Shown one piece after another: positions 29,124 through 37,701 of a DNA stretch of 64,000 nucleotides (positions are counted from its first letter, which is position 1; the number at the start of each line of letters is the position of its first letter). Both the position numbers and the translations under genes were made by a program. The notes under the pieces were generated by a model. That model had not been told where the DNA came from and did no database searches. It worked only from the letters and a program-made list of their open reading frames with translations. Source of the stretch: Halobacteriovoraceae bacterium (GTDB lineage: Bacteria > Bdellovibrionota > Bacteriovoracia > Bacteriovoracales > Bacteriovoracaceae); assembly GCA_963719505.1 (NCBI GenBank), contig CAVRCF010000001.1, positions 1,152,001 through 1,216,000 on the forward strand. The letters are read 5' to 3'.

Positions 29124-29296
29124 GCAGATGTTGGATGAGGGAGAGGAGAGCCTCATATATTAAGCCCTTAGATTATATACATATAAATATTATTTAATTA
29201 GTTGTTTAGTTAGTTGCTTAATGAGCTTACGTAGATCACTGACTCCTATGATCTTTATGTAAGCTCACTAACTTCATACTTACACAACCTTTTGGA

Positions 29297-29893
29297 CTAT
29301 CTTGATTTATCTAGATCAACTCTGTATTCAGTCCCTAGTTTGCCTTCGATCTCGTGATAAGTTAGCACAAAATCTTTTGTCATTATGACCTCTCCAGCTT
29401 GGATTACTTTAGGATTATTAAATCCCTCATTTATAGCTTTCTCTAGTTCTAAAGCATTCTTCCTCTTAACCTTATTGCGCTTCATCCCAAGGCAGTGAAA
29501 ACCAGAACAATCCCATTTCATAAGAGCTTTTTTAGCTTGTTGTTTAAGTGCTTCAACATCAGAAGAATTGTCTATGTAAAGAGAATAGTCATCCAAGGTT
29601 TTATATTCAATATGTTTCACATCTTTATCATGGGTGTAGGTAACTTTCACATTGAATTTCTTTGTTATAACTTCTAACCCAGATCTGATAATTTTGATCT
29701 CCTCTTTGCCTACTTGATCAAGAACTTCTATTTTGTGATTGAGAGTCGTTCTATTTTCATTGTTTATTGTCTCGTAATATCTATCTCTGATCTTCTCATT
29801 TAATGAGTTGCTTACTTCCTCTGGTAGAGAAGAGGTACAACTAGCAAAAAATAGAATTGATATTACACTAAGTAGGTTTCCGATTTTGATCAT
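29297..29893 (-). CDS. Lipoprotein, hypothetical
   Basis: Lipobox FASC; AAGGAG RBS. Confidence 0.75.
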   Translation of the reverse strand: MIKIGNLLSVISILFFASCTSSLPEEVSNSLNEKIRDRYYETINNENRTTLNHKIEVLDQVGKEEIKIIRSGLEVITKKFNVKVTYTHDKDVKHIEYKTLDDYSLYIDNSSDVEALKQQAKKALMKWDCSGFHCLGMKRNKVKRKNALELEKAINEGFNNPKVIQAGEVIMTKDFVLTYHEIEGKLGTEYRVDLDKSR

Positions 29894-30013
29894 TTATTCT
29901 CCTTTTTGGTTTCGTTATGAAGTGTTGCCTTTTAGTATTATAGCACAGTATGTAACGATGCGTTAGTGTTAATTTAAAATGGTTCTAGTTTCATTATTTG
30001 GAGATAATCAATG

Positions 30014-30288
30014 AAAAGCGACCACCAATAAATTTTATATAAAAAAGCGACCACCAATAAATTTTATATAAAAAAGCGACCACCATTAAATTGTTTAAAA
30101 GCGACCACCTCAAGTGTTTGAAATATCGATCAGGTGATCCATTTTAAAAAGCGACCACTAGTTTTGCTAAGTATTTGATACTACATAAAAGCGACCACCT
30201 TTAATTGGATCTGGTCCGAAAAAAGGACGTAAATAGCCGTAAATATGCTGGATTAGGTGGTCTCACTAATAATTAATAAAAGCGACCA
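30014..30288 (+). repeat. Iteron-like array AAAAGCGACCA(CC) x7
   Basis: Copies at 30014, 30043, 30072, 30097, 30147, 30187, 30278; inverted GGTGGTC at 30256; IHF consensus at 30168-30180. Confidence 0.9.
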
Positions 30289-30304
30289 TTAAGAAGAAAT
30301 CTTA

Positions 30305-30829
30305 TTAGAATCTTGGGGGTGGAGAACAAAGAAGTTTTCTTTCCTGATTATCTCCAACACATTCTTTTACATATTTATCGTTATGAAGATTTGGTGTTCT
30401 AGAGCAGTCCCACTCTTGAAGTTGTTTGAAAGCGTAACTTTCATCCAATTTCCAAAAAGTCGTATGAACAGCAAGAGAATATTCGCTCTGATTTTTTTCT
30501 ATTACATAAGTAAACATCTGTTTCTTTGGGTCCACTTTTGTGATCTTATAGAACAATCCTCTTTTTTGATCGATCAAACATTTTCCTACGCTGATTTGAT
30601 TCCACTTCAACATGTCATAAGTATTCTGATACGGTCTATTTGGAAGCTTGTCACCGTCAGTTAGTTTAACTGGGGCGACTCTCGCTTTTTGCTCTTCACT
30701 AGCTCCTAAGAGCGCTGAACCTTCTGGCATATTAACAACTGAAATTTCTGTACACTTACCATCTCGACAAACAATTTCACCGAAAGCAATTGTAGAAGTA
30801 AGTAAGCTAATTAAAATTAATAGTCTCAT
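30305..30829 (-). CDS. Secreted Cys-containing hypothetical protein
   Basis: Signal peptide, six Cys, AAGGAG RBS. Confidence 0.75.
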   Translation of the reverse strand: MRLLILISLLTSTIAFGEIVCRDGKCTEISVVNMPEGSALLGASEEQKARVAPVKLTDGDKLPNRPYQNTYDMLKWNQISVGKCLIDQKRGLFYKITKVDPKKQMFTYVIEKNQSEYSLAVHTTFWKLDESYAFKQLQEWDCSRTPNLHNDKYVKECVGDNQERKLLCSPPPRF

Positions 30830-30904
30830 TTGATCTCCTTGTTTCTAGTATATCACAGAAATGTTACAATATGCGTAGTTTTATGTGTTTTTAGCAGTTT
30901 GTAA

Positions 30905-31459
30905 CTAAGCTACAGAACGTTGCCATTCCTCATCTTCGTCATCAAAGTGAGAATCAAGTAAAGTCCCTCTGTAAAAAAGCTCAGGAAAAGCATCCACAAC
31001 GGAATCGATCTCCTCAATTGTAGTGTCTAGGGCAATGATCATGTGATTCAAATCCATTTCAGTCTGTAGTAGCTGGAAAATTTGTCTTTGTTTCGAATTC
31101 AAACGACTAAGGCCTTCTACTGGTATCTCGACAGCTACATCTTTAAACTGTACTGAAGAGAGCGGTGGAACTATCCCTGTTGTTATTGCTATCCTGGAAT
31201 CCCAATCAATGATTCTTTTTATAGCTTCTTCATTAATTAAACTGTTAATAGAAGCGGTGATATGAGTTTCGAGATCAGATTCTTCCGAATCCCAAGTTCT
31301 CAAGCCTAGCCAAATAGCGATATTTCCTAATTGTGAAACTTCTTCTCGATAGAAAGAGTCCTCAATCATAATTGAGTCAGCAATTTTCTGAATCAACGGT
31401 CTAAATTTAGCTAATTGGTTTTTAAAAGTCTCTTTTTCGCTTTTCTTTGAGTTTTTCAC
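30905..31459 (-). CDS. Degenerate sigma-70-family-like protein
   Basis: FRPLIQKIA...EEVSQLGNIAIWLGLRTWD...LETHITASI resembles region 2; LSRLNSKQRQIFQL resembles the start of region 4; GGAG RBS plus GTG. Confidence 0.6.
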   Translation of the reverse strand: MKNSKKSEKETFKNQLAKFRPLIQKIADSIMIEDSFYREEVSQLGNIAIWLGLRTWDSEESDLETHITASINSLINEEAIKRIIDWDSRIAITTGIVPPLSSVQFKDVAVEIPVEGLSRLNSKQRQIFQLLQTEMDLNHMIIALDTTIEEIDSVVDAFPELFYRGTLLDSHFDDEDEEWQRSVA

Positions 31460-31805
31460 ATCTATTCTCCATTAGTTGTATAAAGCCTTATGCTTCGTAT
31501 CCGTAATATACCTTTCAAGTTGAAGATCTGTTCAGAGGCTCGTACAGATGCTTCTCATATCAATATACATGCTCTGAAAGCTCCATATCGGCTTATACAG
31601 GCCTTTCAGAGGCTTTCTTTGTGTTTGGGCTTGGACTAAGGCTCTAAAAGGCTTATATATAGCTTCTAGAGATGATTTGATGTTGCTCTTTCGTTTTATG
31701 ATATTATCTCTAAATTAGAGGTAATTTTTTGGGTTGATCGGGAGAATGTTGGAGATACTCAGAAAATGCTCGTTTTTGAGCTAAGTTATTGAAAATATTC
31801 GTTGT

Positions 31806-31833
31806 CTTTAACATAATGATACTTATCTAATAA
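31806..31833 (-). other. dif-like XerC/XerD recombination site
   Basis: Minus strand TTATTAGATAA-GTATCA-TTATGTTAAAG: 11-6-11 layout; XerD arm matches TTATGTTAAAT at 10/11. Confidence 0.75.
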
Positions 31834-31943
31834 TACACTCACTTTAATCTTATTATTACACCTCATCTCTAATTTATTATTCCTCATTTATATATCTACC
31901 ACTAAACCTTTTTTTTCAGGGATTTTCACTTTTGACGATAAAT

Positions 31944-33125
31944 TTACGCTACTAATTTGTAGCTAGAATCTATATCGTAAAGAGCTCTCATTGTATCTAC
32001 CATTATGATGTATAATTCGTCTCGATGCTGCTTTTTTACGATTATCGAATCATGTACAGTCAGACAAGCGATCTCTTTACTATTTAGCACCTTTATACAC
32101 TCTATCATGATGCTAGAATCTTCTTTCTGTAGTCTAGTTCCTTCTTGTCTGTAGAAGAACTCAGAAATGGCTTTATGCTTATCTTCAATCGCTGCAACAA
32201 GAGCTACAACCTTCTTTCTAACCCTCTTTAGGTTAAATTCATCAAATCCTTCTTGAAGCTTATTAAAAATCGAATTCACAGCAACCCCGTAAGATTTAGA
32301 ATTTAACATTATTAAAAGGGCTATTTTGATATCATCTCTCGAGAATCCATGGATGTTATAAATATCTTCAGGTCTTTTAACATCCTTTGCTAGATACAGA
32401 AGGGTTGGGTGCAGAGCTTTAAAATCGATTTCTACCGTTGCTTCGTTGTCAAATGTGATCGTTTCTCTTTCGGATTTTGATAAATTCGTGCAGCTATTAT
32501 AGATTCGGCCGCCTAAATTCAAATCGGAAGAACTATAGACAATGCTGAGTTCCAGAGAACATAAAGGCCTGAAGGCTGTATCAATGATAGTGTTGTTTAG
32601 AAGCTCTACGTGTTTGCTCATTATCGAGTCTCGGTACTGGATCTCAGTTTTTTTATCAGCATCTATTTGGACTTGGACCTTAGTCTTTATACCTTTTTTG
32701 GATTTGTCTTTTTCCTGAGCCCGGGCTCCTCTCCAAATCACCGTCCTAACTAACACCTTATCTATCTCATCCTTATTTTCAGCAAATATCTTTTCGAGTT
32801 TCTGGGTACGCTTTATTCTTGTTGGTATCTTTTGCTTCTCACTTACTGAATGCATCACTAGAGTCACATAGGCATTATTATGAAGCCACTCTATAATAGG
32901 CGATACTGTATACTGATTAAAACTTAATGTCCTGAATTTAGACACTCCAACCAATTCATGCTCGAGATAAAGATTGATTAAAGTTAAGTGAAGGAAATCG
33001 CGGTGCTTATGCCCTCTAAGCTTTTTACCTAAAGATTTGATGTATTCATCGTAAATCAAATCTGTAACTATCCCTGAAAAAGGCTTGATATAATCTCTGA
33101 ATTTCTTGTAATCAACTTGATACAT
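31944..33125 (-). CDS. Stand-alone family-A polymerase-like palm-domain protein
   Basis: GGRIY; motif A EIDFKALHP; motif B-like RDDIK; LQKEDS; motif C TVHDSII; GGAGAG RBS before ATG 33125. Confidence 0.7.
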   Translation of the reverse strand: MYQVDYKKFRDYIKPFSGIVTDLIYDEYIKSLGKKLRGHKHRDFLHLTLINLYLEHELVGVSKFRTLSFNQYTVSPIIEWLHNNAYVTLVMHSVSEKQKIPTRIKRTQKLEKIFAENKDEIDKVLVRTVIWRGARAQEKDKSKKGIKTKVQVQIDADKKTEIQYRDSIMSKHVELLNNTIIDTAFRPLCSLELSIVYSSSDLNLGGRIYNSCTNLSKSERETITFDNEATVEIDFKALHPTLLYLAKDVKRPEDIYNIHGFSRDDIKIALLIMLNSKSYGVAVNSIFNKLQEGFDEFNLKRVRKKVVALVAAIEDKHKAISEFFYRQEGTRLQKEDSSIMIECIKVLNSKEIACLTVHDSIIVKKQHRDELYIIMVDTMRALYDIDSSYKLVA

Positions 33126-33413
33126 TATTCTCTCCATTTGAAGTTTCAAAAAATGTTGAAACTTGGCCATAGCTCCATTATACCTTCGAAGATTTTTTCT
33201 CTCGATGCCCCATAAACATTGGTCTTCAGAGTCTTTTTAAGTGATTGATTTCCCTTCCTTAAATTACAAAGTGTCAAATAGCTGAACAGCTTCACCATTC
33301 AAAGTGTTTAGTTTGAATACAAAGCCTTGAGCTCTGAGTTTTTGATTATTTTCGTCTCGAACTAAAAAGGTATATTTACAGAAACAGAGAAGAAAGAAAC
33401 AAAAGGAGTTCAG

Positions 33414-33905
33414 ATGAGGTTGATATGTATGATAATTTTATTTTTTGCTAGTTTAGAGGTTTTTTGCCAAAGCCATATTGTGAGGCAAGGTGAGAAACTT
33501 GAAAACATTGTTTCTGAGAGATCCGGGCTTAGTGGATATGATCTGATTCTTGAGGTAGGTAGAATTTCTGCTCTCAATGAGCTTGGCAACCCTCATCATA
33601 TTGAACCTGGCCAGATTATCTCGTTCGATCCTGAAGAAAAATCAAAGAGAACTATTAAAACGATCGTTAAAAAAGTCTATATCGTCACCCCAGAAAAACT
33701 AAACACCCTTTCAACTTCATTCGGTCTATCTCGAACCCAAGCTAACTGGAGGGTCGATGCAAATCAAAGAGATGTGAATATAAGTTATGAGTGGGAAACA
33801 AATGTTCGTCTTAATTACATACGTCATTTTAAAAATTCTGACTTCAATGCTGGAGGTTATATCGGAAACTCTGAATTTGGAGCATCTATCGGTTGGGATT
33901 TCTAA
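33414..33905 (+). CDS. LysM-domain exported protein with C-terminal beta-signal
   Basis: HIVRQGEKLENI...LNELGNPHHIEPGQII; ends FGASIGWDF. Confidence 0.75.
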   Translation: MRLICMIILFFASLEVFCQSHIVRQGEKLENIVSERSGLSGYDLILEVGRISALNELGNPHHIEPGQIISFDPEEKSKRTIKTIVKKVYIVTPEKLNTLSTSFGLSRTQANWRVDANQRDVNISYEWETNVRLNYIRHFKNSDFNAGGYIGNSEFGASIGWDF

Positions 33906-33970
33906 TAAAGGTATATTTTACTTGTGAATAATACACGCACAATGCCTGAGTAGGCAAAGAGAGGTTTTTT

Positions 33971-34636
33971 ATGTTTAAGTTATTGAAAAAGGGAATCAAG
34001 ATTATTGTTCTAACTGTCATCGCACTGATTTTAGGTTTTAAAATGTGCTCCGGTCCAGACAAAGAAGTTATTAAAAAAACACCACAACCAGAAGAATCAT
34101 TGTCTTTTAAGATTCCCAAAAGCTTGGTTGGTAAGCAAATTTATACATGCGATATTCAATCTTTGTACAATGTAGAAGTGACTGCTGAATGTGCATGTAC
34201 TCAAAGCGAGTGCAATTTCAAAGTTAAGCCTATCGATTTGTTTTGGAGTGCTGATTTAAAATTAAATATTGGAGATGGAAATACAATCTATCGCTCTTAC
34301 AAAAGAGATAGGGATTATTCAGGAAGTTGTACTGGATCTAGTTTTAGCGGGTGCGATAATTGGGAAAAAAGAAAAGAAGAAGTTATAGATAGTAAAGAAA
34401 CTATTCATAAACTAAAAGTTAATAGATGGATTGAAAGATATGCACAGAGAGAAAAAGAGAAAACCTGTGAAATTTCTGAGCAAATCAACGCTGAAGTGAC
34501 TACTGAATGTGCATGTACCAAAACAGAGTGTCTTGTCGGGATCACTCCAACGTATGATAAATGGGATGTAGAGCTCAAAATCAGTACCAAAGATAAAAAG
34601 CCCAAGTTCTACCGATTACATTCAAAAAGAAAATAA
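33971..34636 (+). CDS. Membrane-anchored Cys-rich protein with internal duplication
   Basis: TC..EVT.ECACT..EC motif occurs twice. Confidence 0.7.
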   Translation: MFKLLKKGIKIIVLTVIALILGFKMCSGPDKEVIKKTPQPEESLSFKIPKSLVGKQIYTCDIQSLYNVEVTAECACTQSECNFKVKPIDLFWSADLKLNIGDGNTIYRSYKRDRDYSGSCTGSSFSGCDNWEKRKEEVIDSKETIHKLKVNRWIERYAQREKEKTCEISEQINAEVTTECACTKTECLVGITPTYDKWDVELKISTKDKKPKFYRLHSKRK

Positions 34637-34697
34637 AGAGCACGTCTTAAATAAATTGTATTAGGCCCTACGGGGCTTAATTCCTTAAGGAGGAAAG

Positions 34698-35951
34698 ATG
34701 AAAAAAATATTTTTTTTACTATTAACAATATCTAGTTTGATCTCGTGTAGCAAAAAGGAAGACACGAAATTAGTTGATGCATTCGACATTCCACCAGTTA
34801 AGCAAACTAATAATACGCCTGTGAGTTCTAATGATTCAGTTCTAACGAGGTTCAATAGAGTTTATAATGACTCTCTACAAGCTTCTGATAGCGATTCTGA
34901 CCCACTTGTGTATTCATTGGTGACTAATGCCTCAAATGGAGTTGTTGTAATTACAGATAGCTCTTCAGGCTCTTATACATATACTCCCAATACTGGTCAT
35001 GTAGGAGCTGATAGTTTTGAGTTTAAAGTAAACGATGGAACAGAAGACTCTAACACTTCTCTTGTGAACATTGACGTTAAAAACCCCGAAACAATCTATG
35101 TCGGCACTAGCAATGGACTATCAATTTCTACTGATGGCGGTTTAACTTTTGTAAATAGACTGGAGACTTTAGATGTTAAAGATATTCAAATAACGGAGTC
35201 GGGCGATATCTATGTCGGAACAAACTTCGACATTTATATTTCTACTGATGGAGGTTCAACCTTTACTTCAAGATACTATGGTAGTGATGATTTCGTTAGT
35301 ATGTATATTGACAGCTCAGGCGCTATCTTTGTTGCGACAGACTGGGAACTGCTAAAGTCTACAAATAACGGACTGTCATTCAATTCTTTACTCTCTTCTT
35401 CATTGTTACAATCGGTAGATGGCGATGATTCAGGAAATATTTATGTTAGTTATGAGCTCTTTGGTTTTTCTATCTCTACTGATGGAGGAAGCAACTTTAC
35501 TAATTATTCAACAGCAAATGGACTTGGAAGTGATGATTTGTTTTCTTCTTTTGTAGATACTAACGGAACAATCTATGCATCAACCTTTAACGGTTTATCA
35601 ATTTCGACTGATGGAGGAAGTAACTTTACTAACTATACAACTGTAAATGGACTTGGAAGTGATGATTTGTTTTCTTCTTTTGTAGATACTAACGGAACAA
35701 TCTATGCATCAACCTTTAACGGTTTATCAATTTCGACTGATGGAGGAAGTAACTTTACTAACTATACAACTGTAAATGGACTTGGATCTAATCAAATAAC
35801 TTCAGTTTTTGCTGATGGCTTTGGTGGTGTTTACGTAGGAACTGTTAATAGTTTCAATATATCATTCGATAGTGGAGAGACTTTCATTAATTTAACAACA
35901 GCTGCCGGTTTAGCCGGTAATGGCGTCAGTGAATTAGTAGTAATAGAGTAG
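34698..35951 (+). CDS. Lipoprotein with Ig/cadherin-like domain and Asp-box (BNR) beta-propeller repeats
   Basis: Lipobox LISC; YTYTPN..G.DSFEFKVNDG; repeated STDGG.F. Confidence 0.85.
   Translation: MKKIFFLLLTISSLISCSKKEDTKLVDAFDIPPVKQTNNTPVSSNDSVLTRFNRVYNDSLQASDSDSDPLVYSLVTNASNGVVVITDSSSGSYTYTPNTGHVGADSFEFKVNDGTEDSNTSLVNIDVKNPETIYVGTSNGLSISTDGGLTFVNRLETLDVKDIQITESGDIYVGTNFDIYISTDGGSTFTSRYYGSDDFVSMYIDSSGAIFVATDWELLKSTNNGLSFNSLLSSSLLQSVDGDDSGNIYVSYELFGFSISTDGGSNFTNYSTANGLGSDDLFSSFVDTNGTIYASTFNGLSISTDGGSNFTNYTTVNGLGSDDLFSSFVDTNGTIYASTFNGLSISTDGGSNFTNYTTVNGLGSNQITSVFADGFGGVYVGTVNSFNISFDSGETFINLTTAAGLAGNGVSELVVIE
35516..35786 (+). repeat. Exact 129-bp intragenic tandem duplication
   Basis: AAATGGACTTGGA... 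recurs at 35516, 35645, 35774 with identical intervening sequence. Confidence 0.9.
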
Positions 35952-35974
35952 AAGTGTAAATTTCCAGATTTGAT

Positions 35975-36175
35975 CTATCTTATGACTTGAACTGGAACCG
36001 CATATCTCTCATTATTCGATATCTGGGATTCAACAGTCCCAGATATATTAACATGACTGTAATCAATTACTTTTTCTATTCTTGAATACATAATCACATT
36101 AATGATTAAAATAAATAAAAGTAGGACGTTTGATCGTTCTGTCCAGATTTGTTGTACAATTTTGTTATCTTTCAT
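35975..36175 (-). CDS. Small single-TM protein
   Basis: GGGAG RBS; one hydrophobic helix. Confidence 0.55.
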   Translation of the reverse strand: MKDNKIVQQIWTERSNVLLLFILIINVIMYSRIEKVIDYSHVNISGTVESQISNNERYAVPVQVIR

Positions 36176-36341
36176 TTTTAACTCCCATTACTCACTAATT
36201 TTAACATGAATTCTCTTATTCAGAGTGAGACTTTGTCTTAATTTATATTAAGCCTCAAGTCGTTAATCCAATATCTTCATATTAAGATGAAATTAATCCC
36301 GTTTTATTGTATAGTATCTATATCAAGTACTAAAGGAACTT

Positions 36342-37010
36342 ATGAAACTCGTTTTCATTTCGGACACTCATTCTAAACATCGTGAGCTAGGCAAGCTTGC
36401 TGGAGACATCCTTATTCACTCGGGTGACTTCACCACGAAGGGAGAACTAGAACAAGTTATAGACTTCGTTGATTATCTCTCCAGTTTAGAATTTAAAAAC
36501 ATCATAGTCATCTCCGGTAATCATGATTTCTGCATGGAATCAAATAGCGATATTAGAGAAGAGTGTGAAAAGATATTTAAAGATGCGGGAATAATATATC
36601 TCAATGATAGTGGAGTTACGATAGAAGGCCTTAAGTTTTTTGGATCTCCAGTATCTCCGCATTTTGCAGGATGGGGGTTCGAAAAGACTCGCGGTACTGA
36701 TATTAAGAAGCATTGGGATTTAATACCAGCTGATACTGATATTCTAATAACTCATGGTCCAGCGTTCGGTCTTTTAGACAGAACTCTCGACGGAACAAAC
36801 GTAGGCTGTGAGGACCTCAGAGAGCGTATTCACGAAATTAAGCCCTTAATCCATGGTTGCGGCCATATACATGAAGCATACGGCGAATTGGAGTCTGAGG
36901 GGACATTGTTTATAAACGCTTCTTCCTTAGATATTTTTTATCGCTGTATAAATGATCCAATCGTCGTTGATCTTAAAAAAGACAAGGACGGAAAATACTC
37001 ATACAGATAG
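36342..37010 (+). CDS. Metallophosphoesterase (MPPED/239FB-like)
   Basis: SDTH, HSGD, GNHD, THGP, GHIHE. Confidence 0.92.
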   Translation: MKLVFISDTHSKHRELGKLAGDILIHSGDFTTKGELEQVIDFVDYLSSLEFKNIIVISGNHDFCMESNSDIREECEKIFKDAGIIYLNDSGVTIEGLKFFGSPVSPHFAGWGFEKTRGTDIKKHWDLIPADTDILITHGPAFGLLDRTLDGTNVGCEDLRERIHEIKPLIHGCGHIHEAYGELESEGTLFINASSLDIFYRCINDPIVVDLKKDKDGKYSYR

Positions 37011-37051
37011 TAACGACTAGCAAAGAAATAGATTTAACAACTCTGATAGGA

Positions 37052-37285
37052 ATGACTGTCACGGTGAGTGATGAACATGAAAAGTTAACCACTGACGAGA
37101 AAACTGAAATCGTAATACTTTTAAGGGAAATTGGTCATATGTATGACTTTGCTGAAGAGGGGACCGAAATAGTTACCAAGATCTATGAAGATATTTACTT
37201 CTCTTATATTAAAATATCTCAAAACTCTGATATTTCCAAAGGTGAACTAAATATGCTAATTTCTAAGCTTGCTTCAGTTAAGTAG
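37052..37285 (+). CDS. Hypothetical protein
   Basis: 77-aa ORF. Confidence 0.5.
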   Translation: MTVTVSDEHEKLTTDEKTEIVILLREIGHMYDFAEEGTEIVTKIYEDIYFSYIKISQNSDISKGELNMLISKLASVK

Positions 37286-37305
37286 TTCCACTAAACTTGA
37301 GCAAC

Positions 37306-37701
37306 CTATTTATCTTCACTAGATATAGTCTGAATCTTATCGATATTCATTAATAATATAAGCTCTATATTAAAGCTCTGATGTACAAGGCAACGGAACT
37401 CCTCAAATGAATCTGAGTGTTTGATGGCAAAATCAATAAGTGTCTGATTATCTGGTCTTTTGAGACATGTATTGATGGTTAATCCGTCAGACTTAATGAT
37501 ATGTAAAATCCCTCGCATAAATTTAGGGAAATAACCTTCTCCACAGTATTCCAATACAAGTTTGTATTCATCGGTATTCAGAACATCTGCAATCGCTTCC
37601 CTGGATAGGGAAGTGTAAAAATTCAAAATATTTGAGATGTCTAAAGCTTTATTGTAAGCCTGGTTATTGTAAAAAAGCTCACCTTGATCATATAGTTTCA
37701 T
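37306..37701 (-). CDS. Hypothetical protein (paralog of 37688)
   Basis: GGAGG RBS before MKLYDQ; ILNFY motif shared with neighbour. Confidence 0.7.
   Translation of the reverse strand: MKLYDQGELFYNNQAYNKALDISNILNFYTSLSREAIADVLNTDEYKLVLEYCGEGYFPKFMRGILHIIKSDGLTINTCLKRPDNQTLIDFAIKHSDSFEEFRCLVHQSFNIELILLMNIDKIQTISSEDK

Noticed and set aside
30014-30288. CRISPR array
   Set aside because: Repeat is only 11-13 bp, spacing is irregular, the first spacers are identical, and no cas genes are present
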